Source: a candidate division WOR-3 bacterium (GTDB taxonomy: Bacteria > Hydrothermota > Tepidihabitantia > Tepidihabitantales > Tepidihabitantaceae). From it: a DNA stretch of 64,000 bases. Each line of letters starts with the position of its first letter. The stretch's first letter is position 1. Positions 30,582 to 39,411 of the stretch are shown piece by piece. The notes below the pieces were generated by a model, which made no database searches, was not told the DNA's origin, and saw only the letters and a program-made list of their open reading frames with translations. Location of the stretch: NCBI GenBank assembly GCA_965649205.1, contig CBFGJV010000001.1, positions 32,001 through 96,000 on the forward strand, given 5' to 3'. Both the position numbers and the translations under genes were made by a program.

Positions 30582-31553
30582 TTATCTTGCTTCCGCCAGT
30601 TTTGCTTTCAGTGCCGGCACAACCTTATGCATATCGTCGACTATGCCGTAGTGGGCGATTGAGAATATTGGTGCGTTCGGGTCTTTATTAACCGCAATTA
30701 TCGTTTCTGCTGCTCTCATGCCGGCGACGTGCTGGAACGTGCCGGAAATACCTAACGCCAGATAGAGCTTGGGTTTGACTGTTCTGCCGGAGGAACCTAC
30801 CTGGCATTCTTTGGGAAGCCAGCCGGCGTCAATAACCGGTCTGGAGCCAGCCAGAACTCCGCCCAAGGCATCAGCCAGTTCTTTCACCGCCGGCAGATTA
30901 GCCGGATCCTTCAGCCCGCGTCCAACGACAACAATGACGGAAGCTTTAGTTATGTCTATGCCCGTTACGGGGATTTCTTCCCAAGCTATGAATTTTGTGG
31001 CGAATTGCCTGGTCAAAGCATCTGCCGGATTCCAGTTCTCAAAGGTTGATACAAGGCTAGCAGATGTCGGCTTGAAATGCGACTGTCTAACCATTACTAT
31101 CGCCGGCTTGGTCTTAATAAGTCGCTCTGCGCATAGCTTACTCGCATACATTCCGCGGGTGACAACTAGGCCTGCGGGGGTCCAGCTAAAGCCGGCGGCA
31201 TCCGACACCAGACCAAGTCCCAACTCAGCAGCCAGGCTAGGAGCAAGGTCCGTACCGAAAGCGGAGTGACCAATCATAAGAATAGAAAACGGGCGTTCGG
31301 AGAGCAGTCTTGCCAGCACGCACTGGTAAACTTCGTAATTGTAGTCAGAGAGAAGGCGATGTTCGGCTACTATTATGACATCCGCATGACCTTTCAGTTG
31401 TTCCAGCAGAGAAGAGCACTCGTGCCCGAGCAGGATAGCTTGAACCTTACCTCCAGTCTGCTTGGCGAGGTCGCGCGCGGCCGCCAGCATCTCAAAACTG
31501 ATGTCCCGTACGGTCCCCAGTCTGTGTTCTACCAATACGGCTATGTCGCTCAT
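30582..31553 (-). CDS. etfA: Electron transfer flavoprotein alpha subunit
   Basis: GRG, SRPVID, QVGSSGRTVKPKLY, GISGTFQHVAGM, NKDPNAPIF. Confidence 0.95.
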   Translation of the reverse strand: MSDIAVLVEHRLGTVRDISFEMLAAARDLAKQTGGKVQAILLGHECSSLLEQLKGHADVIIVAEHRLLSDYNYEVYQCVLARLLSERPFSILMIGHSAFGTDLAPSLAAELGLGLVSDAAGFSWTPAGLVVTRGMYASKLCAERLIKTKPAIVMVRQSHFKPTSASLVSTFENWNPADALTRQFATKFIAWEEIPVTGIDITKASVIVVVGRGLKDPANLPAVKELADALGGVLAGSRPVIDAGWLPKECQVGSSGRTVKPKLYLALGISGTFQHVAGMRAAETIIAVNKDPNAPIFSIAHYGIVDDMHKVVPALKAKLAEAR

Positions 31554-32329
31554 ACCAGTCTCTTCTCCTTGAGAATCTCGACTACACGTTGTGCCTTGGC
31601 TGGTATTTCACCTACTATAATCTCTGCTGCAGAGGTCACTTCGGGTTTGAACAGTCGTAACAATTCTGTCTTCGGCTCTTCTTTCTCAAGTTCGAAGCCC
31701 AGCTCGTTGCTTCCTTTCTCAACTATTGGTTTAGTGCCTGCTCTTTTGATTCCGAGGATGGATGCATACCTCGGAGTATTTCCCCCTGTCTGGACCGACA
31801 GTACACAAGGCAAAGGTATTTCTTTTACCTCGAGATAGCCTCCCTCCAGTTCTCGTTTTACCGACATCTTTTCTCCCGCAAGTGTAAGTTTGATGCAGTA
31901 GGCCGCGTGGGGCAGACCGAGGAGTTGAGCAAGCGCGGGGCCTACCTGTGAATCCTCTACATCCTGAGCGACACACCCCGTCAGGATTAGGTCGAAACTC
32001 TCTTTGCGAAAGTACGCTGCCAGCACTTGTGCCAACATTAGTCCATCAGCTTGCTGGAGGCCGGTATCGTCTATTCTTACGGCTGTCTCGGCGCCCTTGG
32101 CCAGAGCCATACGTAGTACTTCTGTCGCCTCCTTGCTGCCTACCGTGACTACCGTCACCTGGGCCCCGGAAGTTTCCTTCAAAAGAAGCGCCTCCTCCAA
32201 AGCGTAGTTGTCCGACTCGTTAATCGTGTAGACCAGCTTATCCTTTACGATGTCCCTGCCTGTTTCATCTACCTGCACCGTGGCTTCGGAAACATCCGGT
32301 ACTCGTCGCAAACAGACTGCTATCTTCAT
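31550..32329 (-). CDS. etfB: Electron transfer flavoprotein beta subunit
   Basis: VCLRRVPD, NESDNYALEEAL, ALAKGA, RELEGG, PRYAS. Confidence 0.95.
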   Translation of the reverse strand: MKIAVCLRRVPDVSEATVQVDETGRDIVKDKLVYTINESDNYALEEALLLKETSGAQVTVVTVGSKEATEVLRMALAKGAETAVRIDDTGLQQADGLMLAQVLAAYFRKESFDLILTGCVAQDVEDSQVGPALAQLLGLPHAAYCIKLTLAGEKMSVKRELEGGYLEVKEIPLPCVLSVQTGGNTPRYASILGIKRAGTKPIVEKGSNELGFELEKEEPKTELLRLFKPEVTSAAEIIVGEIPAKAQRVVEILKEKRLV

Positions 32330-32447
32330 GGTTTTGGTCTCCAGTTCTCGAACCGTGCTTGATTTTTGCGTCTAAGAGAACCAATCATGGTGAAAAAGGT
32401 GGAAGTAAGATACAGCAAAACCTTTATGCGTCAAGCCAGGAAAGACA

Positions 32448-32472
32448 AGAGGGCGGCGTGGAACCGCCCTCT
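32448..32472 (-). terminator. Hairpin terminator after tRNA-Glu
   Basis: AGAGGGCGG-7nt-CCGCCCTCT, followed by TGTCTTT on the minus strand. Confidence 0.6.
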
Positions 32473-32474
32473 GA

Positions 32475-32549
32475 TAGCCCCATGGGGATTTGAACCCCAG
32501 TCTTCTGGCTGAGAACCAGATGTCCTAGGCCGGACTAGACGATGGGGCC
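32475..32549 (-). tRNA. tRNA-Glu(CTC), CCA not encoded
   Basis: GGCCCCATCGTCTAG...TCTGG-TTCTCAG-CCAGA...GGTTCAAATCC...TGGGGCTA cloverleaf; upstream TTGACA-16-TATTAT. Confidence 0.95.
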
Positions 32550-32849
32550 ACAGACATTCGTCTATTGGCCAATAATAGCTTTGGAATTGAAGGTGTCAAT
32601 GTCAAGGTTTTCGCTAGAAGCGCCAGCCAAGGCCCAGCGTAAGCTCCTGTCTCGGACTGGCGCGTTTCCTATGAGAGCTGCAGCGCCGGCAACTCGTCAG
32701 GGTCAGGCACAGGCAATGGGAAAATGCTCTTGCCCGCCTGCGGCACAACCCGCTTCAGTATCCCACGCCCTTTAGACTCTTGATGTCGGTTCCTCTTGGT
32801 GTTTGCTAAAAAGCACTTGACCTTATTACCTACCAAAGTACCCGCGCCT

Positions 32850-33176
32850 ACCGTTATGCGGCCAGACAGCTTCCTCAACTGCTCCCTGACCAGCCTGGCC
32901 GGCAACTCACAGACCGGCCTACTCAGCCGCCCGCCAAGCGACCAGCTAAGCCACTCACCCAGCCGCCCCTCTGACAACTCTCCCTCCCATTCTCCCTTCT
33001 GCCTGCCAACCTGCCCTCTAAACAGCTCTCCAGACCACCCACCAGCCAGCCTACTCCCCGACCCCCCTCCCGACCCGGCTAACTACTCGCCAAACCACCC
33101 GCCTCACCGCCCGGTATTCTGCTCCCAGAACAACCCGCCAGACCGCCCACCCAGCAGTCTCCCCAGCGACCCCCCT
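32850..33176 (-). repeat. Degenerate 12-bp tandem array (C-rich on +, G-rich on -)
   Basis: Minus-strand units in register: ctgggtgagtgg, cttggcgggcgg, gtctgtgagttg, gtcagggagcag, ttgaggaagctg. Confidence 0.6.
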
Positions 33177-33493
33177 ACGAAAAAGCTTCACTTACAACAC
33201 TGATCCGCCGCCCTTACAGCCGTACCGCCTCTCTACCGCACACACATTTACGAAATTTCCTCCCCGCGGCATATAAAACTATAGAGGCGAAAAATGAAAA
33301 ACATCCCCCTCCGGTCCGAAACCAGACAACTCCACGCCCGCATCCGCTCTTAGGAATACATAAATACGTCTTGCATGTTGGTGCTGAGAGACTACAATCT
33401 GGCGTGAGATGTGTTGGCAGGTTCCCGGCTCGGGGCAGAAAGAGCGGTACAAGAAGTTAAGGAACGTGCCCGGCTTTGCGTGACGAGGTATAG

Positions 33494-34165
33494 ATGGCTC
33501 GGTCAGTGAAACTAGCCACGTCTGGGGGGTGGCGTTGCTTCTACTGCAACACATTTGTTAACAGAGAGATGGAAAAGTGTCCGAGCTGTGGGTGTGAGTT
33601 TGTTCAAACAGGCAGGGATGAGGGTGGGGTCAAAGAGCCTGAGGCCGAGAACTCGTCTGGCCGTTCTGTGCGCCTCCAGCAATCATTTAGGGTTCGCAGA
33701 CAGAGTTACACAATTCCTTTGATAGTACTGGCGATCTGCTCGTTCCTGCTGGCCGTTCTGCTCAGGCCAAAACCCCGCCATGGTGTACTTCTGTCTGAGC
33801 CAGGCACGCCTCGGCCAAGCTACAGGATTCTGGAAATGCGGCAGCTCCCTTTGCAAGGTATCAACAGGATTAGTTTAGTCGGGCTAGCGAGACCAGAGCT
33901 TCCCGATGAGAGCTTCAAAGCCGTGCTGGACTGGATGTTGTACAATACCCTATACAGCGAGAATCATCTGCGGCGCCAAGCCGTACGAGTAGTATGGGCA
34001 TATGTCCTTACCGATTCTCTCGCTCCCAGATCGCATTGGAGGGCTATGGCAATCTGGACGGATTCGTTACTACCCAAACCTCTGCGTCCGGCCGGAATCG
34101 GAGGCGATGCTATCAGGCAAGGCCAGGTTGAGTACGACGTTACCAATCCGCTGTTGCAACGCTAG
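33494..34165 (+). CDS. Hypothetical protein with N-terminal zinc ribbon and one TM helix
   Basis: CFYC...CPSC; IPLIVLAICSFLLAVLL. Confidence 0.65.
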   Translation: MARSVKLATSGGWRCFYCNTFVNREMEKCPSCGCEFVQTGRDEGGVKEPEAENSSGRSVRLQQSFRVRRQSYTIPLIVLAICSFLLAVLLRPKPRHGVLLSEPGTPRPSYRILEMRQLPLQGINRISLVGLARPELPDESFKAVLDWMLYNTLYSENHLRRQAVRVVWAYVLTDSLAPRSHWRAMAIWTDSLLPKPLRPAGIGGDAIRQGQVEYDVTNPLLQR

Positions 34166-34223
34166 TTTTTGAGTATGCGGAAGATAAGATGTCGGGCTGG
34201 CGTCGGAGCTTTCGAGAAAACCT

Positions 34224-34823
34224 GTGAACAATCATAGGGATACAGGCAACCATCCGACCTGCTGGACGTCAAAACTTAATGAGAACTCGGTGCGCGGTAG
34301 CGCCGAAACGGCAGGAAAAAAGAAGCCGCAGGACAAAGATGAGCGGTTTGAGCAATTATACCGAGAAAATAAAGCCAAAGTGATGTCTACTGCTTACCGC
34401 CTGCTGGGAAATCGCGCGGACGCCGAAGATGTGACCCAAGATGTGTTTATCAAAGTCTACAAGCATATAGACTCTTTTCGAGGGGAATCAGCGGTGACTA
34501 CCTGGATTTACAGGATAACCGTGAATGCCTGTTATGACCTTCTGCGGAAACGCAGGCGCGAGCAGACGATATCACTGGAGGATTGTACCGAACTCAGTAC
34601 GGAATCTAGGTCACTGAAAGAACTGATTGAGTCTATGGTTGCAAGGCTGCCAGAAACCTACCGCAGTGTTTTTACTCTTCATGACATACAAGGTCTAAAA
34701 CATACGGAAATAGCTAAGGTGCTCGGAATTACTGTGGGGACCAGTAAATCGCTGCTACACAGGGCGAGGGCCCAGTTGCGGAAAAAACTGAGCCCTTATA
34801 TAAAGAGATGGATAAGTCTTTAG
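34224..34823 (+). CDS. ECF-type RNA polymerase sigma factor (start uncertain)
   Basis: DAEDVTQDVFIK, TWIYRITVNACYD, region 4 EIAKVLGITVGTSKSLLHRAR. Confidence 0.92.
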   Translation: MNNHRDTGNHPTCWTSKLNENSVRGSAETAGKKKPQDKDERFEQLYRENKAKVMSTAYRLLGNRADAEDVTQDVFIKVYKHIDSFRGESAVTTWIYRITVNACYDLLRKRRREQTISLEDCTELSTESRSLKELIESMVARLPETYRSVFTLHDIQGLKHTEIAKVLGITVGTSKSLLHRARAQLRKKLSPYIKRWISL

Positions 34824-34842
34824 AAAGGACATACCGGACCAT

Positions 34843-35412
34843 GTGCGCCGAGAGGAGGTATGCACGGATAAACACCCTGTTGATGAGAAATTAAGTGCCT
34901 ATCTTGAAGGTGAATTAAGCCAGACAGAAAGTGACGAGATAGAGCGGCATCTAGGCATGTGCTTAGAGTGCCGTTCGGTCTTGTCGGAGTTGCGCGCAAT
35001 ACGCGAGGCGGCTGCGGGGCTTGAGGAGATTCAGCCGTCGCCGACCGTCTGGTTGGCAGTCAGAGACAGGATAGGCACGGCGAGACCAAGGACAGACACA
35101 GTTCTCAGTCGAGCCTGGCCAGCTGTTGCCGCTGGCATCATACTTGTGATAGCAGTGCTGTTGCTGCGCTCTGGAATAACAAACGGAGGCAGGAAAGGGG
35201 TTATTGCGTCAACAGCCTGGTCGCATAAGGCAGCAGGTGTAGAAGCGGTCGAGTGCGAAGAGTATATAAATGCTCTGGACGAAGCGATAGAAGAATGCGA
35301 GGCAGCCCTAGCCGAGAATCCCCAGAGTTTTAGGGTGCAGTATACATATCTTTCCCTTGTCTCCAGCCAGCTCAGCATGGTCAATAGACTATCTCCGCGA
35401 GGCGGGCGATGA
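34843..35412 (+). CDS. Zinc-finger (zf-HC2) anti-sigma factor
   Basis: LSAYLEGEL...HLGMCLEC (HxxxCxxC) plus a TM helix. Confidence 0.88.
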   Translation: MRREEVCTDKHPVDEKLSAYLEGELSQTESDEIERHLGMCLECRSVLSELRAIREAAAGLEEIQPSPTVWLAVRDRIGTARPRTDTVLSRAWPAVAAGIILVIAVLLLRSGITNGGRKGVIASTAWSHKAAGVEAVECEEYINALDEAIEECEAALAENPQSFRVQYTYLSLVSSQLSMVNRLSPRGGR

Positions 35413-36383
35413 ATGTGGCCATTCTGGCGCTAACTTGGGTAGTTGCGGTCCCGAGCACGTCCGTAAGAAACTTGTATCGCACTATGGAATGGCAGCCGGG
35501 GACCACCGTTGTGATATTGCATCGGTTCGGAGACGTGTCAGTTGAGGGAAGGGGGCGTAACCGTATTGAAGTGAAAGGCAGGGTCAAAGCCATAGCTTCC
35601 TCTCCCAGTCGGGCTGCGGCTTTGACCAGATTGGTTCGTCTGCAGACCAGGCGACTGGACGATACTGTGGCGGTCAGCATTTCCGTGCCATCGGAGGCAC
35701 CGCTCAGCCAAGAGGAAGGCTGGGAGACAAGTCTGACGCTGGTGGTGCCGGCAGGTGCCCGAGTTGTGGTAAGAAACAGTTTCGGCAATGTGATGGTAAC
35801 GGACGTAGTCGGGGGTGGGGAGATTGTCAACCGTTTTGGGAACGTCAGTCTTGTTCGGTGCCGGAACTTCGAAGTGGCCAATCGCTTTGGAGACGTCTCT
35901 GTCTGTCGGGTATCTGGTCCGTTGCTAATATGCAACCGGTTCGGTAGCGTTTCTCTCGACAGCGTATGGCAGCAGGTGGAAGTAAACAATCGCTACGGTG
36001 AGGTACGGGCGCAGCATCTGGATGGAAGTGCTTCTCTCAGTAACCGGGGAGGGGTGATAACCTGTCGTCGTAGTTCGGGGGTCGTGTCTATAGAAAATCA
36101 TCTAGGAGATGTTTTGGCTTGGGTGCAGGAGGACAGGTTGAAGGAAATTGAGATTGCCGCCGAGCTGGGAAGTGTCTGTTTGAACCTTGAACGTTCGCTC
36201 TCTTTCCAATTGGACGCGGCCACGTTTGCGGGCCGCATCTGTTCGTCCCTGCCTCTCGTGCTAGAAAATCAGGGCCAGCACAAGTTTGCGTCCGGTGGCT
36301 TTGGTAGAGGAGGCCCTGTGATAAGGTTGTCTGGTATGCATGCGGATTTCGTGATAGCACACGATTCGCTAGAAAGAAGGTAA
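35409..36383 (+). CDS. DUF4097/adhesin-like beta-repeat exported protein
   Basis: Repeated N(R/S)FG(D/N/S)V motifs; typical third gene of ECF operons. Confidence 0.75.
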   Translation: MNVAILALTWVVAVPSTSVRNLYRTMEWQPGTTVVILHRFGDVSVEGRGRNRIEVKGRVKAIASSPSRAAALTRLVRLQTRRLDDTVAVSISVPSEAPLSQEEGWETSLTLVVPAGARVVVRNSFGNVMVTDVVGGGEIVNRFGNVSLVRCRNFEVANRFGDVSVCRVSGPLLICNRFGSVSLDSVWQQVEVNNRYGEVRAQHLDGSASLSNRGGVITCRRSSGVVSIENHLGDVLAWVQEDRLKEIEIAAELGSVCLNLERSLSFQLDAATFAGRICSSLPLVLENQGQHKFASGGFGRGGPVIRLSGMHADFVIAHDSLERR

Positions 36384-36389
36384 CCAACG

Positions 36390-36965
36390 ATGCGACAAGG
36401 AAGTACGAGGAGCATAGGTTTAGTACATACTGGTGCGCTCTGCTCAGCGGCAATTTTCCTTTGGCTGCTGCCGACCTTGGTGACGGCTGGTCCGGATAGT
36501 ACAGCCGCTGGTCAGGGGTGGTTGGGAGTCTACACTGACAATCTTACGGAACCAATGCTGGTAGCTCTCAATCTAACGCACGGGGTGCTGGTAACCGAAG
36601 TTCTCGAAGGTTCGCCCGCAAGCAAGGCGGGACTGCAAATGGGAGACGTGATTACCGAAATTGAGGGAGAGGCAGTTTACAATGGTCAAAAACTGCGCAG
36701 TGTGGTACGGACGCGGCCTGGGCGTAAAGTGCAGATTCGGATTCGCCGTCGGGGGCAGGAAAAAACCTTAGAAGCAGTCCTGCAGGCGCGGACACGAGAT
36801 AGACGTTGGCGTGGGTACTTTCCTGATTTTCCAGATCCCAGAACTACGAAGCGACCTCTAGAGGAGAAAATAGAGCGACATATCCCACTACTGGATTCTT
36901 TGCGTAAAGAAATAGAAGCTCTGCGGGAGAACCTAAGGCAACTGCAGGAGAGACTCAGACAATAG
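36390..36965 (+). CDS. PDZ-domain protein
   Basis: GWLGV, GVLVTEV..GSPASKAGLQMGDVI; C-terminal coiled coil. Confidence 0.85.
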   Translation: MRQGSTRSIGLVHTGALCSAAIFLWLLPTLVTAGPDSTAAGQGWLGVYTDNLTEPMLVALNLTHGVLVTEVLEGSPASKAGLQMGDVITEIEGEAVYNGQKLRSVVRTRPGRKVQIRIRRRGQEKTLEAVLQARTRDRRWRGYFPDFPDPRTTKRPLEEKIERHIPLLDSLRKEIEALRENLRQLQERLRQ

Positions 36966-37087
36966 CGTATCGTTACGGGAGTCTGTCTGACCGGGTTTGA
37001 CAGGGCTGGTTGCCGGCCTAGAATAATTTTTAGACTATCTAGGACCGTAGGTTGCATAAACAAATTAAGAAGAAAGGAAGAAAGTAC

Positions 37088-39337
37088 ATGTATAGTGTCA
37101 GGTTCTGGCGGTCGTTTCTTTTTTTTGTACTGGCGTTGGTTCCTGTTTTGGCCAGCGCTGGCCAGGTGGTGGTGCGAGTTTATGCTAAGGACTATTGGGA
37201 GCTGTACGAGCGGGTGCCCTTTAAGGGTACTTCTATCGAAATCGCCGGAGCAGACTTGGGTAAATCTTATGACCTGGTCTGTAACCGAGCTGATCTGCCG
37301 CTAATTACCAATTGCGGTCTGCGCAATGAGATAATCATTGACGATTTGGATACCCGACGCCTAGAAGCGGCGGAGTTTGGTTTCTACTGTTCCTATGACT
37401 CAATGAAAAGCATACTGCGGAACCTGGCTTTGTCTTATCCATTCATATGCCGTCTGGACAGTTTTGGGCCTACCCACGAAGGACGGTTTATATTGGGTCT
37501 GAAAATCTCCGACAATCCTTATGTGGATGAGGACGAGCCTGAAGTTCTGTTTATGGGCCAGGTCCACGCCCGCGAATGGGCAGCAGGTCAGGTCTGCAGG
37601 CACATTGCTGATACGCTGATTCGCAACTATGCAACCAACTCCAGTTTTCGCGACCTTATAGATAACCGTGAAATATGGGTTTTTCCCATTGTGAACGCAG
37701 ACGGCTTTGCCTACGACTACCCTGGGCAACGTTCTTGGCGCAAGAACCGGCAGCCGTTTAGTAATTTCACCCCGCCTGGTTGCGATGACAATCGCGATTT
37801 CAACGGCGTATGCAATGGTAACCGGATGGCTGACTGGGGTTCACTGGTGCGTGGTTCCCGTACTACTCACCTGCCTACTGATGAAACATTTTTTGGAGCC
37901 AAGGGAGCGTGGGCAAAGGAGATAGACGCTCTGTGCAACTGGTTTCGGCAGAGGACGATTGTCGCCTGTATAGAGTTTCACTCCTACTCAGAGCTTATTC
38001 TCTGGCCATACGGGCATGGCGAGAATACACCCGATAGTGCTTTCTACTCGGAGCTGGGTCGTCAGGTTGCCAGTCGCATCGGAAAACTTTCCGGTGGCAC
38101 CTACACGCCCCAGCGCTCAGACCAGCTTTATCCCACAAATGGAGGCTCGGATGACTGGTTCTACGGCTGGGCCAGAACCATAGGGGGGTTCCCCTGTATG
38201 TCGTTCTGTTGCGAACTGGGCACCAGTTTCTACCAAAGCACGACGGACCTGAACAAGATACAGACCGAGGCTTTCAAGGGTTCCTTCTACCTTGCCCAGC
38301 AGGCAGACAACATTATCGCGACTCTAGAAGGTACGGTACCGCGTCCAATACTGGCGCCCATGGATTCCAGTTCTGGCTCTTTTACTGTGAGTTGGAGCCC
38401 TATCCGGCCCGATCAGAATCACCCATTGAAATGGGAACTGGAAGAACTCAGCGATCTTACTGTGCTAGAGGACAATATGGAATCAGGAACTGACCTCTGG
38501 GTCCTGCAAGGTGCATCCCGTTCTACTACCCAGAGGCGTTCTGGTAGCTACAGCATATACCTCGGTACAGGGAACAATATATCTAACTACATGATGACCA
38601 AGGATCCGTACCCGGTTCGACAGGGAGACAGTCTGCGTTACTGGATTTGGTATAACACTGAAGCGAACTACGACGTCACGGTTGCGGAAGTTTCTCTGGA
38701 GGGCAAGGAATGGTTCCAGCTTCATGAGCGTTATACTGGCAACTCTTCAGGTTGGATTCGCAGAGCGTTCTCTCTGGAGCCTTGGGTTGGCAAATCTGTA
38801 TTTATTCGCTTCCGCTATATGACTGACGACGGCACTTTAAACCCGGGTGTCTACGTAGACGATGTGTGGCCGGTTCCTTCCTTTGGGCAGCGCATGGTCA
38901 TATCTGACAGCATCACCGACACAAGCTTCGTAATTACAGGCAAGCAGGTTGGGACTTATTACTACCGTGTTCGGGGTTACAACGCGGCCTGGGGCTGGGG
39001 TGACAAGGGGCCGCTGGAGGATATTGTAGTGACTGGCACTGACGTTAGAGAATCAGACAAGGGCGCTTCCACTGTTTCTGTCCACCTCGAGCCCAATCCG
39101 TTCCGTGATAGGCTGGTTATCAGATTGACTCCGCGTGCGAAGCCTTCCTCTCCGGTAAGTATTTACGACGCAACAGGACGCGAGGTTGCAGTTTTGCACG
39201 TCTCATCCGACTCAAAAGGGCAGGAGCTGATTTGGAACGGAAAAGACAGGTCTGGCAGGCAGGTTCCTGCTGGTGTGTATTATGTGCGTACGCGAGGCAG
39301 CAACGCGTTGCAGTTTCGGGTGACTTGTCTCAGGTAA
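37088..39337 (+). CDS. Secreted M14 zinc carboxypeptidase with immune-inhibitor-like domain and CTD
   Basis: HAREW, NADG, WRKNR, NRDF, FHSYSELILWPYG, ELG; PNPF..IYDATGR..WNGKD..GVYY. Confidence 0.9.
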   Translation: MYSVRFWRSFLFFVLALVPVLASAGQVVVRVYAKDYWELYERVPFKGTSIEIAGADLGKSYDLVCNRADLPLITNCGLRNEIIIDDLDTRRLEAAEFGFYCSYDSMKSILRNLALSYPFICRLDSFGPTHEGRFILGLKISDNPYVDEDEPEVLFMGQVHAREWAAGQVCRHIADTLIRNYATNSSFRDLIDNREIWVFPIVNADGFAYDYPGQRSWRKNRQPFSNFTPPGCDDNRDFNGVCNGNRMADWGSLVRGSRTTHLPTDETFFGAKGAWAKEIDALCNWFRQRTIVACIEFHSYSELILWPYGHGENTPDSAFYSELGRQVASRIGKLSGGTYTPQRSDQLYPTNGGSDDWFYGWARTIGGFPCMSFCCELGTSFYQSTTDLNKIQTEAFKGSFYLAQQADNIIATLEGTVPRPILAPMDSSSGSFTVSWSPIRPDQNHPLKWELEELSDLTVLEDNMESGTDLWVLQGASRSTTQRRSGSYSIYLGTGNNISNYMMTKDPYPVRQGDSLRYWIWYNTEANYDVTVAEVSLEGKEWFQLHERYTGNSSGWIRRAFSLEPWVGKSVFIRFRYMTDDGTLNPGVYVDDVWPVPSFGQRMVISDSITDTSFVITGKQVGTYYYRVRGYNAAWGWGDKGPLEDIVVTGTDVRESDKGASTVSVHLEPNPFRDRLVIRLTPRAKPSSPVSIYDATGREVAVLHVSSDSKGQELIWNGKDRSGRQVPAGVYYVRTRGSNALQFRVTCLR

Positions 39338-39411
39338 GGTCCGTCCGCGGGAACGCAGCATACCAGCATGTTCGCTCCTGCGGGTGTGGTCTATTCTAGG
39401 AAGCTAGCAAC

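Noticed and set aside
32475..32549. tRNA-anchored integrative element
   Set aside because: No integrase and no duplicated tRNA 3' end seen in the window.
32669..33203. Pro/Ser-rich ORF 32796-33203 and its antisense ORF
   Set aside because: Low-complexity translations of the 12-bp array with no SD or domain; coding is not excluded but is unsupported.
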